Part shown: positions 1-9,318 of the stretch, piece after piece | Numbering within the stretch: the stretch's first letter is position 1 | Layout of the letters: the number at the start of each line of letters is the position of its first letter | NCBI GenBank assembly: GCA_963668175.1 | Contig: OY764159.1 | Span: forward strand, 384,001-448,000 | Reading direction: 5' to 3' | Origin: Syntrophales bacterium | Lineage (GTDB): Bacteria > Desulfobacterota > Syntrophia > Syntrophales > PHBD01 | DNA length: 64,000 nt | The notes under the pieces: generated by a model | Told to the model about the DNA's origin: nothing | Database searches by the model: none | What the model saw: the letters and a program-made list of their open reading frames with translations, nothing else | Position numbers and translations under genes: made by a program

Positions 1-393
1 ACCTTTGGGGTCGATGAGGGACATCTCGGTATAAATGAGCGTCGGCACCTGCTGAATATTGGCACCATCCTTCACCCAAAGCGCTTTCCTGTTTTCGTTG
101 ACGAATTGCTTGAACGCCGATTCGGTTGCAGGAATAATTGTCGCAATCAACAAATCTTTCTTCCGCTCGTTAAGAAAGCTTGCTACCTCATCTGCCGTGT
201 TAATGGCTCTTATTTTTATTTCTTCCTGGGATTTTTGATCCATGACGGCAACAGCGCGCTGCCTTGCCGTATCCCCTAATTTGTACATTCCGTTGGCAAT
301 CAAAATAGCCATCAGTGATAAGGGGATGACGATAAGCAGGAAGAAGACTCTCGCCACAGTGAACAGCTGCTTATCTTTTTTTGTTTCTGACAT
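1..393 (-). CDS. Membrane protein with an N-terminal TM helix and a probable extracytoplasmic sensor (Cache-like) domain; 3' end outside the window
   Basis: Manually translated, not in the ORF track: MSETKKDKQLFTVARVFFLLIVIPLSLMAILIANG...ADEVASFLNERKKDLL...EMSLIDPKG; GGGGGA SD upstream; frame open to the window edge. Confidence 0.7.
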   Translation of the reverse strand, partial: MSETKKDKQLFTVARVFFLLIVIPLSLMAILIANGMYKLGDTARQRAVAVMDQKSQEEIKIRAINTADEVASFLNERKKDLLIATIIPATESAFKQFVNENRKALWVKDGANIQQVPTLIYTEMSLIDPKG

Positions 394-445
394 TCGTTTT
401 TCCCCCTAACTGTTCTGTTAATTTTGACGTTAATGTGATTTCGGA

Positions 446-823
446 TTAACCCAAAAATAACGACTTATAGGGGTTCGCATAGAGCAGAACGAGTGAAACA
501 ACCAGGGCATAAATACAAACCGACTCCGCCATGGCCATACCAACGAGCATCGTCGTCATGATCTTACCCTGAACCCCAGGATTTCGTCCGACTGCCTGGC
601 ACGCACCGTTCGCGGCATTACCGATACCGGCGCCCGCTCCGATGGCCCCGAGCCCGATGGCAAATCCAGCGGCCAGCATGGCTCCGACGGTGAACAGCAC
701 TTTTACGTAAGACTCCCCTGTTGGAAGGTTCTCCCCCGCAGCGTAGGCCAGCGGAGAGGTGATGAGAACAGCCGCCATTGTTGCCATGATTGACAATACA
801 CCTTTTCCAAATCTCCTTAACAT
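446..823 (-). CDS. atpE: F0F1 ATP synthase subunit c with a signal-like N-terminal extension; stand-alone copy
   Basis: GxGxGxG glycine stripe (GAIGAGAGIG), RNP loop, essential Glu in AMAESVCIY, LLYANP end; AAGGAG SD. Confidence 0.93.
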   Translation of the reverse strand: MLRRFGKGVLSIMATMAAVLITSPLAYAAGENLPTGESYVKVLFTVGAMLAAGFAIGLGAIGAGAGIGNAANGACQAVGRNPGVQGKIMTTMLVGMAMAESVCIYALVVSLVLLYANPYKSLFLG

Positions 824-936
824 CTTCCTTCTCCTTTCCTTTATGTACTTAATAAAAAAGATTTTTTATATTTTACCCGACCCTAGCACAGAAAGCAAAC
901 CAGGGAAAGGCAAATATTCAAAACGTTGAATGGAAG

Positions 937-952
937 AGCAATTGTTGTGCCA
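937..952 (-). promoter_or_regulatory. Sigma-54 (-24/-12) promoter upstream of atpE
   Basis: Minus strand TGGCAC-AACAA-TTGCT, an exact match to TGGCAC-N5-TTGC(A/T). Confidence 0.85.
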
Positions 953-989
953 CCGGTACGCTCAACGCCAGATATTCCCTATCCATTTA

Positions 990-1002
990 TAATGATTTGA
1001 TT
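990..1002 (-). promoter_or_regulatory. IHF binding site
   Basis: Minus strand AATCAA-ATCA-TTA matches WATCAANNNNTTR; about 40-50 bp upstream of the -24 element, the usual position at sigma-54 promoters. Confidence 0.65.
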
Positions 1003-1177
1003 ATTATAATACGAACCCTCCCGAATGGACGTGCATTCGGAACGGTCATTTAAACGTTTCGATAAATCGATTCGAGCAATTGAACAAAAAGTAAAAAAGT
1101 GTGGATTAAGTAAAATGCCGGTTTGCGATGAACGGCCCGGGGATGATATGATTTCCTTTATTTTTTTAACATTTATG

Positions 1178-1206
1178 TTGATAATTTCACGTGACGTGGG
1201 TAGTAT
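1178..1206 (+). promoter_or_regulatory. Putative sigma-70 promoter for the small ORF and two-component operon
   Basis: TTGATA-17 bp-TAGTAT. Confidence 0.5.
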
Positions 1207-1286
1207 TTTTAAACTGCCGGATGTTGTTCCGCTCTGGCGGTAAGGTATCCTTTCCCAAATAGAATCCACCAGAAAGAGGTTATCGA

Positions 1287-1457
1287 ATGCAGGAAATATT
1301 GACGGCCGTAACCTATCTTATTACCTGGTTCTTCTGCGAACGCGTTCTCGGCATTGAAAGTGGTTTGGTTAACCTTATCGTTTCGCTTGGCGTTGCCGTG
1401 GCTGTTTATGTCATCATCGCCGTCAGGGCAAGTCGCAAGAAATCCGGTTCAGATTAA
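1287..1457 (+). CDS. Small hydrophobic protein (56 aa, 1-2 TM helices)
   Basis: AGAGGT SD then ATG; MQEILTAVTYLITWFFCERVLGIESGLVNLIVSLGVAVAVYVIIAVRASRKKSGSD with a basic tail after the TM; absent from the ORF track. Confidence 0.65.
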   Translation: MQEILTAVTYLITWFFCERVLGIESGLVNLIVSLGVAVAVYVIIAVRASRKKSGSD

Positions 1458-1483
1458 AGTGAACCGCTGACAGACCTCGCTTC

Positions 1484-4400
1484 ATGGAAGATTCTTCGCA
1501 CAACAAAAGAAAAGGCTTTTTCCCGATCAGTGCCTCCTTGTCCATCTGGCTGACAACGATCACCATCATTGTCCTTATTTTGCTGTTGGCCATTACGATC
1601 AACCGGTCCCGGGAGAAGGAACTGGTTGCGGATTTCTGCCAGCAGCAGACCTCCCTGGCCAAAGGGGCGGCGGCCGGGATCGAAGACTTGGTGATCGGCG
1701 TTGAAAAGAGCATGATCCTGCTTTCCCGATTGACGATCACCCGCGGCGATCTCTACAGGGAGAAGTCAATGACCAGTATGAGGGCGATTTACGACGATCT
1801 GGAAGGCAAAGTCTCGTTCATTGCAGAAACGGATAAGAACGGTATCGTCCTGACGGGGTACCCGGAGGCCATCCTTGAGGAAATCAAGGGACAGGATTTC
1901 AGCCGGTATCCCTTTTTCCAGGATATACGACGGACCCGCTCCCCCGATATCGGCCCCTCTCCCGCCATTGTCCATCTCAAAGACAAGGTCCCGGCCGCGG
2001 GACTTAAGTCCATTATTGTCGGCGCACCGCAACTATCTGCCGGACGAGAGTTTGCCGGGACTATTTTCACAACCCTGTCCCTGAATACGACTATCGACCG
2101 ATACGTCAAACCGATTAAGGACAATCCGACAAACGAATATTGGGTTATCGACGATACCGGCATTCTCGTCGAGCATCCGAATGCGGCTCTCGTCGGGAAA
2201 AACATCAATGCCATAGAATTCTTTGACGAAACGGGCCGGATCAGGCTCGATGATCTTGTGAAGAACGGCAAAGAGGGCTGTTTCGAATGCAGAATGCGGA
2301 AAGGCAGGAACGCCTTCGAGAAGAATTTGTTTGCCTATGCCCCCATCCATGTGGGTCACGAAACATGGTATATTGTCGTCGTGACGCCTTATGAAAAAGT
2401 CGTCGCCATGATCAGAAGGACATTCACCCATACGATGTTCATCGCCTTCGGCCTGATCGTCGTCGTCGTGATTGCGAGTTTCACGATTATCGGTGCCGGC
2501 CGGAGGCGGACGAGAATCGACGCCGAACTGAAACGGCTCCGCGAGAGAGAATCCTGGCAGGAACAGCTGATCAGGGAAAAGCGGACGATAGAAGGCATCA
2601 TCGCGGGTTCGCCCATTCCCACCTTCGTCATCGACAAGGAACATAAAGTCATCCTGTGGAACAGGGCTTGCGCGGAATTGACGGGCGTCGGTTCTCAAGA
2701 TATCATCGGCACGGATAAACACTCCGTTCCTTTTTACGGCGCGCAAAAGAGACCGCTTATTGCGGACCTGATCATCGATCAGGACGTCGGCGGCCTGGAA
2801 AAATTTTACAGCGACAAAAGAATCAGGAAGTCGGAGAAGGTTCAGGGCGCTTACGAGGCCATGGACTATTATGAGAACCTGGGGGGCATGCAGCGCTATC
2901 TCTATTTCCTGGCCGCCCCGATACTCGACGAGAAGGGGGAGATCATTGCCGCCATCGAAACGCTCCAGGACATGTCCGGAGAGGAGGCGATGTCTCAAAG
3001 CCTGCGGGAATCTCAGGAACAGCTCCTCCGTGAGAAGAAAACCATAGAAGGAATCATCGAAGGATCGCCCATCCCCACCTTTGTCGTTAACAAGGAACAC
3101 AAGGTCATCCTCTGGAACCGTGCCTGCGCAGAACTCACGGGGCTGGAAGCTAAAGACATGATCAATACGGACAAGCAGTATATTCCTTTTTATCGGAACA
3201 AGCGATCGATCCTCGCCGATCTGATCATCGATCAGGATATCGAAGGCCTGACCAAATACTACGGAACCAAAAGAGTGAAGAAATCGGAAACCGTCGAAGG
3301 TGCTTATGAAGCCATGGATTTCTATCAGAACCTCGGTGGAAAATCCCGTTACCTGTTCTTTCTGGCGTCGCCCATCTACGATGAAAAGGGCGAAATCGTC
3401 GCGGCGATAGAGACGCTTCAGGATGTCACTCATGAAAAAGAAATGGCCAGGAATCTTCAGGAATACGCCGAGACCCTGGAAAACGAAGTCACGGAAAACG
3501 TAACACTCCGGCAGGAGATCGAATCGTTATACAACTATCTCCAGTCCATCGTCGAAAGCTCGCCCGACACCCTGTTCGATATCAGCAGCGACGGCATTAT
3601 CAATTACATCAGCCGCGATTTGAAAGGAAAGAACCGTTTCGCTTCCGATCAGATCAAGGGCAAGCATTTCACGGAAGTGATCGATCAGGAGCATCGGGAC
3701 GTGATCATTTCCATGTGGGAGAACGCCAAGAAGGGCATATACAAACCCTATGAAATCGAGGTCCGGAAGGATGACGATACCGTCATGAATCTTTTAATCA
3801 CGTGCCGGCCTGTGGCCAAGACGGATCGTTACGTCGTCGTCCAGCGGGATATCACCGAATTCAAGAACCTGGAGAAGAAATTTTACGAAAGCCAGAAATT
3901 GGCGGCGATCGGCCAGTTGTCCGCCGGTATCGCCCATGAAATCAGAAATCCCCTCTCTTCGATCAAGATGAGCCTTCAGATTCTGGACAAAAGGATGCAG
4001 CCGACGGGAAACGATCAGAAGAGGTTTCAAATCGCCCAGCGGGAAGTGGAACACCTGGAAGAACTCGTCAACGACGTGCTGATCTACGCCAAGCCGGCCG
4101 ACCCGGTCAAGGAAAAATCGAATCTGCAAAGCATATTGGAACACGCCCTGGCCATGGCGGAGAAATCCATTATCGATAAACATATTCACGTCCAGCTCGA
4201 AAGTGCTGATATGCCGCTTGTCTCGGTCGACGCCGCCATGATAGGACAGGCCTTTCTGAATTTATATCGGAATGCCGTCGATGCCATGGAAACGGGAGGA
4301 ACGCTTTCCATCTCCGCCCACCTCTCGGCGTCCAACGGATCGGTCAGTATCACCGTACGGGATAACGGGTGCGGCATCGACGAACAGGACTTGGGCCATC

Positions 4401-4561
4401 TCTTCAATCCCTTCTTCACCAAGAAGAGTTTCGGCACGGGACTGGGTTTGAGTCAGGTCAAAAAAATCATTGACCTTCATCAGGGAAGCATAGAGATTGC
4501 GAGCAAGAAAGGGACCGGCACCAGCGTAACCGTGACGCTCCCCATCGAATCAACCCCTTAA
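1484..4561 (+). CDS. Membrane sensor histidine kinase (Cache + 3 PAS + HisKA/HATPase), NtrB/AtoS-like
   Basis: Two TM helices flank a periplasmic domain; H-box AHEIRNPL, N-box NLYRNA, DNGCGI, FNPFFT, GTGLGL. Confidence 0.95.
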   Translation: MEDSSHNKRKGFFPISASLSIWLTTITIIVLILLLAITINRSREKELVADFCQQQTSLAKGAAAGIEDLVIGVEKSMILLSRLTITRGDLYREKSMTSMRAIYDDLEGKVSFIAETDKNGIVLTGYPEAILEEIKGQDFSRYPFFQDIRRTRSPDIGPSPAIVHLKDKVPAAGLKSIIVGAPQLSAGREFAGTIFTTLSLNTTIDRYVKPIKDNPTNEYWVIDDTGILVEHPNAALVGKNINAIEFFDETGRIRLDDLVKNGKEGCFECRMRKGRNAFEKNLFAYAPIHVGHETWYIVVVTPYEKVVAMIRRTFTHTMFIAFGLIVVVVIASFTIIGAGRRRTRIDAELKRLRERESWQEQLIREKRTIEGIIAGSPIPTFVIDKEHKVILWNRACAELTGVGSQDIIGTDKHSVPFYGAQKRPLIADLIIDQDVGGLEKFYSDKRIRKSEKVQGAYEAMDYYENLGGMQRYLYFLAAPILDEKGEIIAAIETLQDMSGEEAMSQSLRESQEQLLREKKTIEGIIEGSPIPTFVVNKEHKVILWNRACAELTGLEAKDMINTDKQYIPFYRNKRSILADLIIDQDIEGLTKYYGTKRVKKSETVEGAYEAMDFYQNLGGKSRYLFFLASPIYDEKGEIVAAIETLQDVTHEKEMARNLQEYAETLENEVTENVTLRQEIESLYNYLQSIVESSPDTLFDISSDGIINYISRDLKGKNRFASDQIKGKHFTEVIDQEHRDVIISMWENAKKGIYKPYEIEVRKDDDTVMNLLITCRPVAKTDRYVVVQRDITEFKNLEKKFYESQKLAAIGQLSAGIAHEIRNPLSSIKMSLQILDKRMQPTGNDQKRFQIAQREVEHLEELVNDVLIYAKPADPVKEKSNLQSILEHALAMAEKSIIDKHIHVQLESADMPLVSVDAAMIGQAFLNLYRNAVDAMETGGTLSISAHLSASNGSVSITVRDNGCGIDEQDLGHLFNPFFTKKSFGTGLGLSQVKKIIDLHQGSIEIASKKGTGTSVTVTLPIESTP
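2558..3469 (+). repeat. Intragenic tandem duplication of a PAS module (456-nt period)
   Basis: QEQLIREKRTIEGIIAGSPIPTFVIDKEHKVILWNRACAELTG from 2558 versus QEQLLREKKTIEGIIEGSPIPTFVVNKEHKVILWNRACAELTG from 3014. Confidence 0.9.
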
Positions 4562-4573
4562 CAAGGATATGAC

Positions 4574-5956
4574 ATGTCCAACATTCTCGTGATCGACGAC
4601 GACAGTTCCATCAGGGAAACGCTTGACCTGTATCTCGCGGAAGAAGGATACAAGGTGTTCACCGCCAAGGATGGTACGGAAGGGCTCGACATGTTCGTCC
4701 AGAAATCGCCCGACGTCGTGATTCTCGACATACGCCTGCCGGACATCGACGGATTCACCGTCCTTGAGGACCTGCGGGAAGAGAATGAAAATGTCAAGGT
4801 CATCATGATCACGGCGCATCACGACATGGAATCCACGATCAAGGCCATGAAGGGGGGGGCCTTCGATTACATCCACAAGCCGGTGAACGTCGACGAACTC
4901 GATCTGGCCATCAAGAAGGCCCTGAAGGCCCTCGAGATGGAAAAGAAGATCGACGGTCTGCTCATGGAACCGTCCCGGCAGTTCAAGGTCGGCGACATTA
5001 TAGGCTCCGGACGCGAGATGAGGGAAGTGTTCAAGACGATCGGGGTCGTATCCCAGAGCCGGACGACCGTCCTTATCCTGGGCGAAAGCGGAACGGGCAA
5101 GGAGCTCATCGCCAAGGTCATTCATCACAACACGTCCCGGGACGAACCCTACATCGCCATCAACTGCTCCGCCATCGTGGAAACCCTCCTCGAATCGGAG
5201 CTTTTCGGGCACGAGAAAGGATCCTTTACCGGCGCCGTCACAAAAAAGCTGGGAAAATTCGAGCAGGCCCGTTATGGAACCGTTTTTCTCGATGAAATCA
5301 GTGAAATGTCCCTGAACCTCCAGGCGAAGCTCCTCCGCGTCCTGCAGGAACTGGAATTTGAACGGGTGGGGGGAAAGGACCGAATCCGCGTCAACGCGAG
5401 AATCATCGCGGCGACCAATAAAGACCTCAAGGCTATGGTACAGGAAGGCAGGTTCCGGGACGATCTCTATTACCGCCTGAATATCGTCTCCATCCGTATA
5501 CCGCCTCTCCGTGAGCGAAGAGAGGACATCCCCATGTTGGTCGAGTATCTTTTGGCCAAGATCAACCGCGACCTCCATAAGCGCGTGCTCGGCATAGCCG
5601 ACGATATGATGGACATCTTCATGAAATACCCCTGGCCGGGCAACGTGCGCGAGTTGGAGAACCTCCTCGTCCGGGCGGTCGTGGTAACGAAGAGCCAGAT
5701 CCTGGGCAAGAACGACTTCCCCGAACTGTCCATGAGCGGCACGGAAACCGCCGAGAAGAAACTTTCGGCGGCGGACGACTCCAGCGCCGCCGGGAAATGG
5801 CTGACGCTCGATGAAGTGGAAGAGAGACACATCCGTAAAATCATCAGCGAGGCCGGAGGAAAGAACAAGGGAGAATTGTGCGAGATACTGGGCATTTCCC
5901 GGCCCACCTTAGAACGCAAGCTCGAAAAATACGGCATCCATTTCGAACGGGAGTGA
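4574..5956 (+). CDS. Sigma-54-dependent response regulator (REC-AAA+-HTH, NtrC family)
   Basis: REC domain (VIDDD, LDIRLPD), Walker A GESGTGKE, ESELFGHEKGSFTGA, WPGNVRELEN, C-terminal HTH. Confidence 0.96.
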   Translation: MSNILVIDDDSSIRETLDLYLAEEGYKVFTAKDGTEGLDMFVQKSPDVVILDIRLPDIDGFTVLEDLREENENVKVIMITAHHDMESTIKAMKGGAFDYIHKPVNVDELDLAIKKALKALEMEKKIDGLLMEPSRQFKVGDIIGSGREMREVFKTIGVVSQSRTTVLILGESGTGKELIAKVIHHNTSRDEPYIAINCSAIVETLLESELFGHEKGSFTGAVTKKLGKFEQARYGTVFLDEISEMSLNLQAKLLRVLQELEFERVGGKDRIRVNARIIAATNKDLKAMVQEGRFRDDLYYRLNIVSIRIPPLRERREDIPMLVEYLLAKINRDLHKRVLGIADDMMDIFMKYPWPGNVRELENLLVRAVVVTKSQILGKNDFPELSMSGTETAEKKLSAADDSSAAGKWLTLDEVEERHIRKIISEAGGKNKGELCEILGISRPTLERKLEKYGIHFERE

Positions 5957-5966
5957 CCTGTAGACG

Positions 5967-6554
5967 ATGAAAGTAACAACGGCCGAATTTGTGAAATCGG
6001 CAGAAACGCCATCCCAGTACCCGAAGGAAGACTTTCCGGAAATCGCCTTTGTCGGCCGATCCAACGTCGGCAAATCCTCCCTCATCAACTGCATCCTGAA
6101 ACGCAAGAAGCTCGCCCACACGAGCAATACGCCGGGACGCACCCAATTGATCAACTTCTTTCTGGTCAACAACGGTTTTCTATTTGTGGATTTACCCGGT
6201 TACGGTTATGCGAAAGTCCCGGAGAGCGTGAGGAAGAAATGGGGACCCATGATCGAGACGTATCTGACGACAAGGCGATCGCTGAAGATGGTGGTCATGA
6301 TCCTCGATATCAGGAGAGATCCGTCGGAAGACGACCTTTCTCTCATCCGTTGGTTCGACCATTACGACATCCCTGTGTGCTTCGTCCTGACCAAGGCCGA
6401 TAAACTGACGAGAAGCAACCGGTTAAACCGCCAGACCGAAATCAGGGAATCATTGGGACTTCCGAAAGAGCAGGAACTGCTTCTCTTTTCCGCCAAATCG
6501 GGCGAAGGCGCGGAAACGCTGAGAAGGGAAATAGAGAAGAACCTCTCCTCCTGA
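5967..6554 (+). CDS. engB: Ribosome biogenesis GTP-binding protein YihA/YsxC
   Basis: GRSNVGKSSLIN, TPGRTQ, DLPGYGYA, TKADK. Confidence 0.96.
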   Translation: MKVTTAEFVKSAETPSQYPKEDFPEIAFVGRSNVGKSSLINCILKRKKLAHTSNTPGRTQLINFFLVNNGFLFVDLPGYGYAKVPESVRKKWGPMIETYLTTRRSLKMVVMILDIRRDPSEDDLSLIRWFDHYDIPVCFVLTKADKLTRSNRLNRQTEIRESLGLPKEQELLLFSAKSGEGAETLRREIEKNLSS

Positions 6555-6659
6555 GGCACATGCCGTCTGTTCCGTGCGCGGCAGAAGCCGCTTGTCTTAG
6601 GGTCGGTTCGATGAATCCGGCTGGAAATCGCCTGAATTAAAAATAAGGGATATAACGAT

Positions 6660-6703
6660 AAAGCCGCCCTTGCAGCCGGTTTCGCCGAAGGGCGGCGTTT
6701 TTT
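6660..6703. terminator. Probable bidirectional intrinsic terminator between engB and the aldolase gene
   Basis: AAA-GCCGCCCTT...AAGGGCGGC-GTTTTTT inverted repeat between convergent genes. Confidence 0.7.
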
Positions 6704-8100
6704 CAATGGCTCGTCAGGACCGCCGGGGCCTTGAGCGGCACATCGACTGTCTTCACGTATTTATTCACGGCGTCGCGGGTCCTGGCCATATTCAATTTTT
6801 CAAACAGGAAGAGAAACTGGTTCTCCAGCTCTGCCCCGATGGCGTTACGGATTGCCGCCGGCAATGCCCGGAGCTCTTTCTTGAACGGCCCGAACCCCTT
6901 CTTGCGAGTCTTGTAAATGAACTGCTCTTCCGTATCCTTCTCTTTTCTCTCCCCCGCAAAATGAGAGCCGATATAATCGTACATTTTTCGCTTCAGGTCG
7001 GCGGGAAAGTGGCTGCTGTCGTAAATAATGTTCTGGAATCCCGTCGCCAGATGGACTTCGGCCGTGCCGACGGCGGGAAATTTGTCGAAGGCCTCGTTCG
7101 GCAGGGTTGAGGCTCCGTGTTGGACCGCGCCAGCCAAACCGTAGACAGAGCGCCCCATTTCCGAAAGTTTCTCCAGGGTGTCGAAGTCCAGCTTGACCTT
7201 GGCGACGGTGCCGTCGGGCATGGGAACACCGCCATGGGAGGTGCCGGTCTGGATGCTGATCTTACTGATCCCTTTCATCTCCGGACCGCTCTTTTCGAGG
7301 GTTTCCAGATATCCATCCATGTAGGCCTTCAGTTCCTCAACGGTGCTGTTCTTACCCCCCACCTCGCCGATTTCGCCGCCGACGGATATGGTAATGTCCA
7401 GCGGTTCCAGATCGCGGATCATGACGGTCAATTCGGCCGCGAGGTCATAATTGAGCTTTTGCTGCTTCTTCACGGTTGCCTGCGACAGGTCGACGAGGGT
7501 CGATGTATCGATATCGATGTTATAGAACCCTGCTTCGATGGCCTCCCAGATCAAATCTTTAACGAACTGCACTTCCTTGGCCGCATCCTTGGCGAATTTC
7601 CCCGCGTTGACCTGGAAATGATCTCCCTGGAGAAAGAGGGGCCCCCGATACCCTGTTTTGATGGCGGCGGCCATCACGGCGCTCGTGTATTCGGCCGGTC
7701 TCTGGTCCGTATAGTCGATTTCGGACCGGGCTATTTCAAAAAGGACGGCGCCGACGTCGAGTTTCGCGGCGGCCCGGAAAATGGCTTGAGAAGTTTCATA
7801 GGTGAGGGCACGGATATTGATCGCGGGCACGGTCATACCCGACACGTCCTTGCGCCCCATGGCTTCGTAAAAAGCCTGGATGGACGATAGATAGATGCCC
7901 AAGGAAGCCCCGGCACGGCGAATGATCCAGCAGGCGGCATCCCGGACATCTTTATCGGCAGAGAAAATCGCCGTATCGATGAGATTGTCGATGAGTCCCT
8001 GTCGCAGGCGATCTTCATCCAGAACGGTTATGCCCTCCCCGGCCAGCGAGAGGACGCCGTGGTATCCTTTCTTCAACTGTTCGATATTTTCATAAACCAT
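6703..8100 (-). CDS. Class II fructose-bisphosphate aldolase family protein
   Basis: QGDHFQ, GEIGEVGG, GTSHGG and VQHGASTLP metal-binding motifs; start re-called at ATG 8100 (GAGGTG SD); adjacent to fbp. Confidence 0.88.
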   Translation of the reverse strand: MVYENIEQLKKGYHGVLSLAGEGITVLDEDRLRQGLIDNLIDTAIFSADKDVRDAACWIIRRAGASLGIYLSSIQAFYEAMGRKDVSGMTVPAINIRALTYETSQAIFRAAAKLDVGAVLFEIARSEIDYTDQRPAEYTSAVMAAAIKTGYRGPLFLQGDHFQVNAGKFAKDAAKEVQFVKDLIWEAIEAGFYNIDIDTSTLVDLSQATVKKQQKLNYDLAAELTVMIRDLEPLDITISVGGEIGEVGGKNSTVEELKAYMDGYLETLEKSGPEMKGISKISIQTGTSHGGVPMPDGTVAKVKLDFDTLEKLSEMGRSVYGLAGAVQHGASTLPNEAFDKFPAVGTAEVHLATGFQNIIYDSSHFPADLKRKMYDYIGSHFAGERKEKDTEEQFIYKTRKKGFGPFKKELRALPAAIRNAIGAELENQFLFLFEKLNMARTRDAVNKYVKTVDVPLKAPAVLTSH

Positions 8101-8181
8101 ACATGACACCTCTGTTAGGAGTAAGAATAGATGTGTGAGCAACCGGCGCAAACGATATTCAGGAATTCGGGATATCGGATC

Positions 8182-9117
8182 TTATATGCCGAATTCTTTT
8201 GTCTTATCCACTTCCGTGCGGCTGCCGATATAGATGGGACAGCATTGATCTATGCTCTCCACATTCAGGGCCAGGATGTCCTTGCGCCCGTCAGTCGCCT
8301 TGCCGCCGGCCTGTTCCATGATAAACGCCATAGGCTGGAGCTCGAATAAAAGTCTCAATTTGCCCTTGGGATTGTTCTTGAGCGCAGGGTAAGAAAAAAC
8401 GCCGCCGTTCTTGATCAGCACCTGGTTGATGTCGGGTACGAAACCCCCGCTGTAGCGCAATTTATATCCCTGCTCTTCCAGGTACTCGACATACCGGCGA
8501 TGTTCCGCCGTCCAGTCCTTTCTCAGTCCTCCGAGACTGTAAATCGAGCCCTTGTCTTTCAGGCGGATGTTCTCTTGCGACAGGACATATTCCCCTTCGC
8601 GGTTGAGAACGAATTCATGGGTTCCCTTCCCAGCGGTATAAACCATGGTGATCAGCGGCCCGTACGTTATATAAAGGGCGGCGACCATGGATTTTCTTCC
8701 TTCCGTAAAAACCGGCTCCTTGTGAATCCCGATGATGGTCCCGATAGCCAGGTTCGTATCCACCAGGGAGGAACCGTCGAGGGGGTCCGCGGTTACATAA
8801 TAGGTTTCGTTCCCCTTGCCCATATGGATGACCGAATCCTGTTCCTCCGAGTAATAATCCCGGACAAAACCGGAATGCTGGAGCTGACTTTGGAGAATGG
8901 TGTCGGCGCTCCGATCAAGGGCAAGCTGCTTGTCCCCGTAAATATTGTTGAACCCGGCGAGCTTCCTGTTGGATTCATGGATTTTAGCCGAAATATATTT
9001 ACCGGTGACCGCAAGCTGCCAAATCAACCGGCGCAATTCCGTTTCGACGCCGGCCATCCACATATGGCGCCTTAGATCAACCGCCCACTTTGTGTAATCC
9101 GATATCCCTTCACCCAT
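8182..9117 (-). CDS. fbp: Fructose-1,6-bisphosphatase class I
   Basis: SEE, DPLDGSS, LRYSGGFVPD, GKLRLLFELQPMAFIMEQAGG. Confidence 0.95.
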   Translation of the reverse strand: MGEGISDYTKWAVDLRRHMWMAGVETELRRLIWQLAVTGKYISAKIHESNRKLAGFNNIYGDKQLALDRSADTILQSQLQHSGFVRDYYSEEQDSVIHMGKGNETYYVTADPLDGSSLVDTNLAIGTIIGIHKEPVFTEGRKSMVAALYITYGPLITMVYTAGKGTHEFVLNREGEYVLSQENIRLKDKGSIYSLGGLRKDWTAEHRRYVEYLEEQGYKLRYSGGFVPDINQVLIKNGGVFSYPALKNNPKGKLRLLFELQPMAFIMEQAGGKATDGRKDILALNVESIDQCCPIYIGSRTEVDKTKEFGI

Positions 9118-9318
9118 GGGTTTTCCTCTGCCATTTTTTGATTTTTCTTAACAACGAATGACTGTTTTGACAAGGATATTTTGCATCTATCGCCAGATTA
9201 ATTGCTTGACAAGGCGCAGGGGACTAGGTATTTCCTTGGCAAGATTATATCATTAAAATGCTGGCCATTATTTAAGTAGGAATGTTTGGTGACGACAATG
9301 CTTACCTAGAGGTGGATC

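Noticed and set aside
2033..5830. Long antisense ORFs (466 aa, 426 aa) and similar ones opposite carB, paaK, ade, pyk and iorA
   Set aside because: Shadow frames of GC-rich coding genes, with no motifs or SD sites.
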